From Eledone cirrhosa (taxonomy: Eukaryota), in contig OZ024741.1 of the NCBI GenBank assembly GCA_964016885.1, positions 317,068,001-317,132,000 of the forward strand: 64,000 nt of DNA, written 5' to 3'. Position 1 is the first letter of the stretch, and the number at the start of each line of letters is the position of its first letter. The notes below the pieces were generated by a model. It ran no database searches and was not told the DNA's origin. It worked only from the letters and a program-made list of their open reading frames with translations. A program made the translations under genes and the position numbers. Below, one piece after another: positions 53,401 to 64,000 of the stretch.

Positions 53401-53563
53401 CTGGGGCTATATAAAATGTTCCCTCGTGGAGCTACATAAATTATTGTCCAGTGAAGCTATAGAAAATACTGCCCAGTTGAGCTATATAAAAAGCTGTCCG
53501 GTGAAGCCAAATAAAATGTTATCCAGTAGAGCTATATAAACTTCTGTTCAGTGAAGCTATATG
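53401..53563. repeat. Diverged 25-bp tandem repeat, 6.5 copies
   Basis: Units start at 53401, 53426, 53451, 53476, 53501, 53526, 53551; consensus ~GTG(A/G)AGCTATATAAAA.nCTGTCCA. Confidence 0.85.
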
Positions 53564-53568
53564 TAATG

Positions 53569-53766
53569 GTTTCTGATATAAGCACAAAGCCAGCAATTTG
53601 GGGGAGGGGAAAGTCGATTAAAATGAACCCATTGCATATCTGGTGCTTTATTTTATCGACCCTGCAAGGATGAAAGGCAGGATTTGAACGCAGAATTTAA
53701 AGGGCCGTAACTCTATGCCGCGAAGCAGGATGTCCGACTCTCTACCAATTCTGCTAGTTCCCCGCC
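53569..53766 (-). mobile_element. SINE family A, diverged
   Basis: GCACAAAGCCAGCAAT..TTTATTTTATCGACCC..AAGGATGAAAGGCAG..GATTTGAAC..GTCCGACTCTCTACC. Confidence 0.85.
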
Positions 53767-54250
53767 ATATAATGTTATCCGATGATGTTACATAAAATGA
53801 TGAGATAGCCTGCCTGGGCTGCATTTCATCACATGTCTGTTCAATCATGGCTGACTGGGACTAAATGAAATATGAATAACAACTTAATCGATATCCAAAT
53901 TCCGGCGACGACGATGGATCTACATCGGTTTCGACGATGAGAGTTGCAGCTTGTTGATCAACAGAACCGCCGGATCAGAAAATTCACGTGAAAGTAGCTG
54001 AGAATTCCCGTCATTCTCAGGAAGAGTCAGCGTGACTAAGCTGGTGCTTTCAGTTACAGCAGGTTACTCAAAGTGGGCGCTACCGCCCCTGCCCTCTGAG
54101 GGGAGGTGGGGTCGAGAAGGTCCAGAAGGGCGCTGGCACCTAAGGGGGTGGTAGGGATCTGGTGTCGAAAAAATGGAGTCGTTGGGAAGAACGGAGAGGC
54201 TGTAAGTGTCATTCCGCCTATGTAAGTGAATATTATTATAGTATTGTATA

Positions 54251-54445
54251 AGGGCGGTGGGTTAGTAGTATCGGTAGAGGGTCGGACGCCATGCTTTGCA
54301 GCATAGAGTTATGTCCCTTTACGGTCTGAGTTCAAATCCCGCCGAGGTTAACTATGTCTTTCATCCTTATGAGGTCGATAAAATAACGTACAGGTAATGC
54401 ACTGGGATAATTGCTGGCCTTGTGCCAAAAGTAGAAACAATTATG
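54251..54445 (+). mobile_element. SINE family A, full length, with direct TSD
   Basis: B box GAGTTCAAATCC; TSD ATAGTATTGTATA at 54238-54250 and 54446-54458. Confidence 0.92.
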
Positions 54446-54545
54446 ATAGTATTGTATACATATGATATAATAGTATATTAAATATCAAATGATATATATT
54501 ATATATAAATATAGTAAAATAAAACACATAATACTGTATATATTA

Positions 54546-54879
54546 TCGATATTACTAAAACAGAGAATGTCTGTTTGTCTGTATGTCTGTACAATCACTA
54601 AAACTTGAGAACCACCCAACCGATTATTTTCAAGCTTTACACATGTAATACTTATGGTACTATTGAGGGTTCTGAGCAAAAAAAATTTCAAATTTTCAAT
54701 GCCCTAGGGACCGTATTAGACGATTTAGCGATCTCTTTCTCTCTCTCTTAATCTTTCTCTTTTTAGATAGATACATAGATATTACGTTGCGCCCTTATAA
54801 TATCTGTCGGTATGCCTGGCTGTCTGCATTACGTCATTATGGCGCGATGTGTGTGTGTGTATATATATGTATATATACA

Positions 54880-54917
<38 letters not shown>

Positions 54918-55035
54918 TGTGTAACGTTTTTCGAAATTCGAAATATTTACTTCTGCGTTCACAGATTTATTATTTTAGTTTCAGAAGATCCCGTTAAGGG
55001 TGAAAGCAACGATTCTTTGCCTAAACTTTAATCTG

Positions 55036-55115
<80 letters not shown>

Positions 55116-55478
55116 TATTATTATTACTAGTATATATATATAATTATATATTCGTGTACAGCTATTTTTGCATACTCATATAAACAAAAGTATTTATTTC
55201 GCGATAAAGTATTGATTTTCTTCGAACGGAAAAAATCCCTGGTAATGTACGACGAACTTTTTTTATAAGCACAAAATGTAGACACCAACCCGAGGCCGAG
55301 GTATTCCGTACTTCTCTGTACTGTTATTTATATATTCGTGTACAGATATTTTTGCATACACAATAACAAAATATAAACAAACGTATTTACTTCACGAGGC
55401 TCGAGAAGGATAAATATATATATCAAATATATAAGAACCCTAGAGCAAATCCCGAGCAACGCCGGGCCATTCTACTAG
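54546..55478 (+). mobile_element. Complete non-autonomous Helitron
   Basis: A|TC start; subterminal hairpin CCCGAGCAACGCCGGG; CTAG|T end; no TSD; second copy at 36478. Confidence 0.87.
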
Positions 55479-56062
55479 TATTATCTATTATATATAAATT
55501 AACGATTTTGTTCATTATATATTATTGACAATTTGCGAGTAGGCAGGTCTCTCTAGAAATAGGGGTGGGGGTGATGAACGTGTTACGTGGCCGTGAATGA
55601 TGGATGCAAAAGTTTGAGAACCTCCGAGTTACAGATACAACATATTGTTCGAGTTGAATGGAGTGGAGCAACGTGAAATAAAGTGTCACGTTCTAGGAAA
55701 TAACGCATCGCCGGAAATTGAACTCACCACGCCACTTTAGGTTTAAGGGTTGAACACTTTAAACATCAAGCCATGCGCCTTCACTTTCGATAAATAACGT
55801 ATGTAGTCAAGTTAATTTCGCCAGAGGGTTATTCAGGCGTCATCGTAATTTATTTATGTAAAGCAAATATGACCTGGGTAGGATTGGAACTCAGAATTAA
55901 GGCTAGAACAAATACCAATAGGGACTATATTTGATGCTTTGTTGGCAGTACCAGTTCGGCGCCTTAATATACATTATACGCATGCGTAGTTATATTTATC
56001 TATACATATATGTGTGCATGTGTGAGAGTTTCTATGTGTGTACTCAACCGTATTCATTTTTG

Positions 56063-56100
<38 letters not shown>

Positions 56101-56546
56101 GTGTGTGTGTGTGTGCATGTATACATGCATGCTAGTACGCATGTTTATATGTATGTATTTGTATATATATATGTATGCATGTATGTATGTCCGCAGGCAT
56201 TTATGTATATGCATTTATATATGCATGTATATATGTACGTATGTATGTATTTATGTATGTATGTATGTATGTAGGTAGGTATGTGTGTATATATGTATAT
56301 ATGCGTGTATTATGTATGTATGTATGTATGTATGTATGTATGTATGTATGTATGTATGTATGTATGTGTGCATGTATGTGTGCATGTATGTGTGTATGTA
56401 TTTATATATGTATGCATGTTGTATATCAGTGTGAGTGTATATATACCCGGAAATGGCCCTCCCGGAAATCACAATCCCAATTACCCAGTCTATTCGTCCA
56501 TATTGAATTGGTGGCTTACAAACTATCGAATTTCATGCATAGAAAA

Positions 56547-56594
<48 letters not shown>

Positions 56595-56844
56595 CAATTT
56601 TCCTTGTTATTGTTTTTATTGAATTTTTCGTAGAATTTATATTTTTATATATTCTTTATTTTTTGTTTTGTTTCTATTTCTTTTTTCTTTCTTTCTTTTT
56701 TAGAATTTTTTCTTTTTTTTGTGTGTATTTATTTTGTTTAATTTTTTTGTATTGAAAAGTTTTGCAGTTTGAAAACTGCAAAACTAACTAAAAGTAACAC
56801 ATTCGTTGTGATATAGAACAGTTTAGATGTCTGTAAAGAAATCG

Positions 56845-56920
56845 TCATCATCATTATCATCCACATCATCATCTCCTGCATCATCATCATCATCATCATC
56901 ATTATCATTATCATCTCCTG

Positions 56921-56968
<48 letters not shown>

Positions 56969-57200
56969 TATCATCATCATCAGCATCATCATTATCATCA
57001 TCATCATCATCATTATCCTCATCATTATCATCCACATCATCATCATCATCATCATCATTATCATCATCATTATCATTATTATCCACATCATCATCATCAT
57101 CATCATCATCATTATCATTATCATCATCATCATCATTATCATCATCATCATCAAAAACAACAACTTTATCATTATAATCATCATCATCATCATCATCAAA
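56845..57200. repeat. (ATC)n microsatellite
   Basis: Directly visible. Confidence 0.95.
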
Positions 57201-58022
57201 AAAATGTCGTCTTCATCATTGTCACTATCATCAACATCTTTCATAATTATTATTATTATGTTCCTCATTCGCGACAGAAGTGTAACATCGGCTCCAGAAG
57301 GATTGTTGTGTTTTGAGGTGTAATTTGTTGGATATTTTTGCTAAACACTGTCATGTGATGCCATATATATTGACCCCTGAAAAGACAATCCCATAATAAC
57401 TGGACCAAAGGTCCAAATATTTAAAATTTCATTTTATTTTTTCATGCCTACAAGCTTAAAAAAAAACTGGGGTAGATGGGTCGTAGCCCCACTCCTCGCT
57501 TTGAACCAGCTCTCACGTGATTGCGACTCAAAGATCGACATTAGCGTCACCGTCACCACCACCACCATCACCAAAGTAACTAGTGCTACCACTACGGCCA
57601 CAGACAACAGCAGTAGCAGCAAAAGCAGCAATATGGTTATGCCAAAAACACTCTACCAGGGTGCTTTCATATAGAAAACAAAGTAAACAAATAAATCGAA
57701 TTAGAAAAAAAGAGTAAGACAATTCAACTTACTGGGAGATAAAATAATTATGAGGCGAAGCTTATTGAATAGAATGGACACTGCTTCGGTCGTTCGTTTC
57801 TTCACTCACTCAATAATCAATTAAATCCAATTTATCAAAATTCGAACCCAGCTGGTTAGAGAGCACACTTACGTTAATCAGTGAGAAAAACGACTTCGTG
57901 TATGTAAGATAATTGAGATACCCGGACCCCGATGTATTAGTTTCTATGATTCCGATCTGCTGGCAGCGTTCCGAGAGGAACGACCATGTGCAGAATAATA
58001 TTAGGTAATGTTAGTATAAATG

Positions 58023-58090
<68 letters not shown>

Positions 58091-58166
58091 CAACAGTGAC
58101 ATAATCATGTACTTACACTCGTCCTATAGACTGAGTGCACTTACCCTTGGATATTTCTGCAAAACC

Positions 58167-58710
<544 letters not shown>

Positions 58711-58760
58711 GTTCCCCTATCTTCAAATATACCTAACTGTACCAAGGATCTCACACATTT

Positions 58761-58798
<38 letters not shown>

Positions 58799-59289
58799 CC
58801 ATTTTAGAATTCGATGTCGTGTTCATGTGAATATCTCGTCGAGGCAAAATGAAATCTGTTTTTCTGGAAATATGATATCTCTGCATATGTCGTTGAGTAT
58901 TCAAAGCTATAGAGTTTAATATATAATGCTAAACATTGAAAGAATAAGACAAGGTGAAGTAGTTAATTAATACTTCTAGCGAGCAACATTATTATGCAGA
59001 TTAATCGATACCAGTTATGTAACACCATAGTATTTACCCTTGAAAAAGCATATACACACGTAAGAACAACCATATGTTTCTGAGCATAGACAGCAGTTGA
59101 AACTGCTTCATCGTAGTTAATAATATAGAGTTGCATTACTGCCATTGATTGGTCTATACATTGAGAATGATTTTCTTCGAAACGATCGTAAAATATAGGA
59201 TTAATTAACGCCACCTTACCTTGTTCTTTTTGTGTATGTGTGTGTGATTATGTCTGTGCGTGTATATGTATATATGTATATATGCATAC

Positions 59290-59335
<46 letters not shown>

Positions 59336-59468
59336 ATAAAAAATAACACGTACATACACCATACACACACACTAATGTACCACTGTTTCTGAGAATGTCT
59401 CACGTGTAATTCTTTATTGATATTATCTCTTAACCAGCACAACCTAATTTTGAAATCCAAACTATGCG

Positions 59469-59524
<56 letters not shown>

Positions 59525-59550
59525 AGTATATATATATATGTGTACGTAAG

Positions 59551-59584
<34 letters not shown>

Positions 59585-59617
59585 GGTGTATAGATGTATA
59601 TGTATATACGCATATAT

Positions 59618-59651
<34 letters not shown>

Positions 59652-60059
59652 TTGTGTGTGAATATATGTATGTATATATCTATGTATTTAGAGGTACATA
59701 TCTATTTTTTTTTTTCCTTTTTCAATCTATTTTTATCGATCAGCGAATATAAAATTAATAGTTTATGGGTATCGATCCAAGTTTTGATTCTATCACTCTA
59801 CAAATCCCCTTCCTCCTACGTTTTCTTCTCCTGCATCATCATCATCATCATCATCATCATTATGATCATATTATTATTAATATTATTATTATTGTTGTTG
59901 TTGTTATCAACTTCTTCTTCTCCATCTACTCCCCTCCTTCTTCACATAATGTCTGTGTCACTTTTTTAGCTTTTCTCTCTCTCCTCCCCTCTCTTTCTCC
60001 CCGTCTCTCTGTCCCTCTTACTCTCCTCTTTCCCTCACTTCTTTCTCTCTATATAAATA

Positions 60060-60147
<88 letters not shown>

Positions 60148-60150
60148 GTG

Positions 60151-60183
<33 letters not shown>

Positions 60184-60184
60184 G

Positions 60185-60296
<112 letters not shown>

Positions 60297-60856
60297 CCCT
60301 CTCTTCCTGTTCTCTTCTTCCTTTCCCTCTTCTACTATGTGTGTATAAAAAATATATATAAATATGTATGAATTATTTATATATACGTGTGTGAGCAAAT
60401 GAGCGTGTGAATTAGAGAATGTGTGTGTATGTGTGTGTGCGTGTGTGTGTGTGTGTGTGTTTGTGCTTGTGTGTGTTTGTGTATCTATAGCTGTGTAAGC
60501 ATGTAATTGGCGATGTCCTACGCAATGCCGGGAGCAGTTCTGCCTAGTTTGCACTTTCGTATCTCTGCATAGAAATATCTTGTGCAAGTGAGTGTTTGCG
60601 CCGCGTGCTTTGCGTGCTTGTCTGTGGCGGGGGGGGGGGGGTCTGTGTGTATGTGTGTGTGTATGCATATATATTTGTGTGTGTGTGTGTCTGTTTGTGA
60701 GAGATAGAGACAGATATATAGTCAGACAGCGACAAATGCAGAGACAGAGAGATACAAAGTGAAAAAGAGAGAGAGAGAGACAGACAGACAGAAAGAGACA
60801 GGGGCAGAGGTAAAGGTAAAGAGACAGAGAGATACAAAGTAAAACATACAGAGAGA

Positions 60857-60974
<118 letters not shown>

Positions 60975-61342
60975 CAGAGGCAGAGGTAAAGAGACAGAGA
61001 GAGAAATAGAAAGATTTGAATAAAAAGGAAATATTTTATCATGTTATTATTATTATTATTATTATTATTTATTATTATAAGTCGCCATTTTTGTTCTACT
61101 TTCATTTTCCATATCCAACGTTGAGTCGGAGCGACTTTAATACTTTAATGTCTCTCTCTCAATGAAGAAGAAGATTAATTGCTCACACCACCTTAGCAGT
61201 CACGCATCTGATCAGGAACTTGAATTAATGCGCCTTAACTACAGCCAATCCACATTAAATGACGTTTATTCCATTCTGTTCCATTCTTTTCTTTCTTTTT
61301 TTAGGGGGAGGCGGGTAGGTAGTTGTCATTTTCTTAACATCC

Positions 61343-61781
61343 TTTATTATATATGTTTTATAATATCTGTTTTATCCTATATGCTTTATATCTGTTTTAT
61401 CATATATGTTTTATCATATCTATTTTATTACATGTTTTATTAGTTTTATCCATCGTGTCATTTTGTTTGTCAGTTTAATTTTTTATTTAAATTTTGATGC
61501 CAATTAATCAGAATTTGCCCATCTTTCTTCTTTTTCTGTTATTGGTTGCGGATGCCTCTACTACTACTACTAATGATAATAATAATAATAATAATAATTG
61601 TTTCTACATTTGGCACAAGGCCAGCAATTATCTTGGTGTATTACTGGTACTTTATTTTATCGACCCCGTAAGGATGAAAGGCAAAGTTAACCTCGACGGG
61701 ATTAGAACTCAGATCCCGCCGATAAAATAAAGTACCAGTAATGTACTGTGAATTGCTGGCCTTGTGCCAAAAGTAGAAAAA

Positions 61782-61831
<50 letters not shown>

Positions 61832-62056
61832 CATTAGTAGTAGTAGTAGAGGCATCCGCAACCAATAACAGAAAAAGAAGAAAGATGGGCAAATTCTGAT
61901 TAATTGGCATCAAAATTTAAATAAAAAATTAAACTGACAAACAAAATGACACGATGGATAAAACTAATAAAACGTAATAAAATAGATATGATAAAACATG
62001 ATAAAACAGATATAAAGCATATAGGATAAAACAGATATTATAAAACATATATAATA

Positions 62057-62058
<2 letters not shown>
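61343..62058. repeat. ~715-bp quasi-palindrome centred on two head-to-head SINE A pieces
   Basis: Arms 61343-61662 and 61720-62058; 57-bp spacer. Confidence 0.93.
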
Positions 62059-62107
<49 letters not shown>

Positions 62108-62108
<1 letters not shown>

Positions 62109-64000
62109 TTTTTTTTATTAACCACAAGGGTTTACGTAAAGTAGACATTAAGGACAGTACAGGACAATACAGGACGGTACGAATGGGCATTTCTGCGTGT
62201 AAAAAAAACAGAGGATGTAATAAAATAACAAAGAAAGATTCCCCAATAGGGGGAGACTTCCGAGGGACATTTGTGGAGAAAGCCCATTAAAAGACCACAG
62301 TGACCCTGACCACCAGGGCAAGTGCCCTCTCCCAGTTTTCCACCTTTAATTTACAGACACTTACTCAGAGTAGGCCCATTCACTCGGGCCATACTTGCTT
62401 CTCTCACCCATCTTTCAACAAAATGCTGGGAAGAGAGCACTTCCCTCTCTACCCTGATTTTCCTTTTCAAATGAAATTTGAAAAAGTTAATCAGGGTATC
62501 ACCGAAGAGGTAAGTGCTCGTCTTCAGCCCTTTCAAACGTGTCCACCATACTATCTCTTTCACCATGGCCACCAGACAGATAAAAACTGTCTGCCCTTCC
62601 CGGCTAAAGGAAGAGGGCGGGGCAATCCTCACGATGGACTCAGCTGATAGCTGGATCCGTCCTACACGTGACAGCAGGTGTTCGACATAAACCCACAAGT
62701 CAGCAATGCTCGGACACTAGACGAGTGCGTGCAGGACGGTTTCATCGCCCTGCGCGCATCTCGGACATGCCCGGCTGACGGCACCTCCATGCCTGTAGAG
62801 TTTATCCCGAACTGGCAAAGCTCCCCGGTAGCACTGCCAGGCCAGGGATTTCTGGTAGTTGTCCATAGGCCCCGGCCCGAAAGTCCTTCCGAAGTTGATT
62901 TTCGTCGACGCCTAGAGTTTCTCCAAGTACGTCGTCGCTCTTCCCCTCCACTAATCCTCTATAGAACGCCAAGGTGGAGTTTGCACCGATCACATTGCCC
63001 GATTGGTCGAGGGCTGTGAGCGCCTGAAAACATTCCAGTCTCCAAGCGCTCCCTCTCGGTCTTCGCTTGACCCAGGACTGCAGCTCCGTCAAGGAGACGA
63101 GCTGGGGAAAGACGTGTCTAGCAAACGGCGACCACACCTGATCACCGTCGAGGAAGAGGTGGAGATGTCGTAGCCTGAGCGCGTGTCTGCGCATCATCAG
63201 CCACGGCATGCCCAGCCCTCCACGTAGCAGGTGTTGACAGCAGATGAACCCCCTGACCATCGGAGCGCGTCCATTCCACAAAAATCGAAAGAGCAAACGC
63301 TCCAGCGCAGTCAGGCGGGGCTTAGGACAAGGTACGACGGTCAGGCGGTAGTAGATGACGGACGCTATGTACGCGTTAGCCACCTCCGCTCGACCTTTCA
63401 GGGATAGCTTCCTCTCCGCCCATTTCTGGGTGAGAGAAGCCACCCTGCTCGTCACATCGTCCCAGTTTTTGTCAGTCTGGAGGTCCGGACCGAACCAGAT
63501 CCCTAGCAATTTAACCGGTCCGTCCGTCCAGCCCCCCGACGACGCTGTTGGACGGCATGGACCTGCCTCTCCAGGTGCCGAGCTGCAGGCCCACTGACTT
63601 TTCCTGGTTGATCATTGCCCCTGTCACCTCTTCGTATTCTCTTAGTGTAGTGCCGATCGCCTCGATGTGTTTGGCGTTCGACACCACTACGGTGCCATCG
63701 TCCGCATATTCTGACACGGATCTTCCGCATCCTAGTTCGCGCGGGACCCCCCTCAACGTCTCCAGTTTGTGCAGTAATGGCTCGAGAGTCAATACGTACA
63801 AGAGGGACGAGAGGGGACATCCTTGGCGGACCGAGCGCATGATGTTGAACGGTTCCGAAAGGTGACCGTTCGCTCTCACCACAGAGCAGATGTCGCTGTG
63901 CATGGCAGCGATCCAGCCTCTGAAGACGGGCCGGCCCAAAGCCAGCCGCCCTCAGGACTGCCGCTAGGTAACGATGGTCGACCCTATCGAAAGCTTTCGA
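62108..64000 (-). mobile_element. L1/Tx1-type LINE, 3' part (RT, CCHC, 3' UTR), frameshifted; runs off the window end
   Basis: KAFDRVDH, RQGCPLS, YADD, LGIWFGPDLQ, GGLGMP; colinear with ORF2 at 25075-26760; AATAAA/A8 then (ATT)n at the 3' end. Confidence 0.95.

Larger units (their letters stand above)
54060..55626. mobile_element. Non-autonomous hAT (Charlie/Buster-like) element with 8-bp TSD
   Basis: TSD AGTTACAG at 54052-54059 and 55627-55634 (central TA); imperfect TIRs CAGGTTACTCAAAGT / AGTTTGAGAACCTCCG. Confidence 0.82.
53916..55784 (-). mobile_element. SINE family B, split by a hAT insertion (3' part 53916-54059; tRNA head 55627-55784)
   Basis: Minus-strand head GTGAAGGCGCATGGCTT..GAGTTCAATTTCC..ACACTTTATTTCACGTTGCTCC; the halves rejoin across AGTTACAG. 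Confidence 0.75.

Noticed and set aside
48478-53563. CRISPR-like array
   Set aside because: Units are contiguous with no unique spacers; no cas genes; eukaryotic context.
56446-56469. Tandem CCCGGAAAT (ETS-like) sites
   Set aside because: Too short, with no promoter context.
58110-58166. Minus-strand microexon (CAG-AAATATCCAAGG-GTAAGT)
   Set aside because: Poor pyrimidine tract, and embedded in rearranged (TA)n sequence.
59150-59200. GAAACGATCGTA hammerhead half with palindromic loop
   Set aside because: The CTGANGA box and stem II are missing.

Overview
Repeat-saturated eukaryotic DNA, not prokaryotic. The SINE families and microsatellite density suggest a coleoid cephalopod such as Octopus (inference). 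No host gene can be called with confidence; there is one candidate terminal exon at 1902-1998 (-). Contents in order: (1) four co-oriented R4/Dong-type non-LTR retrotransposon pieces, all sitting in (TATG)n; (2) a 200-N gap and a ~16.6-kb, almost C-free 27-bp minisatellite; (3) a 5'-truncated Penelope-like element (RT + GIY-YIG) with inverted pseudo-LTRs carrying hammerhead-like motifs; (4) a nearly intact full-length L1/Tx1 LINE flanked on both sides by (GATA)n, plus two related copies abutting (AAT)n; (5) two tRNA-derived SINE families, non-autonomous Helitrons, a hAT MITE with an 8-bp TSD, and a foldback element; (6) a ~4.7-kb 48/51-bp minisatellite. The two strongest candidates for something undescribed are an apparent partitioning of microsatellite targets among retrotransposon families, and repeated inverted duplications of unique flanking DNA around (TA)n tracts and one SINE family (58.2-58.7 kb, 61.3-62.1 kb). 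Most ORF-track entries are translations of simple repeats.
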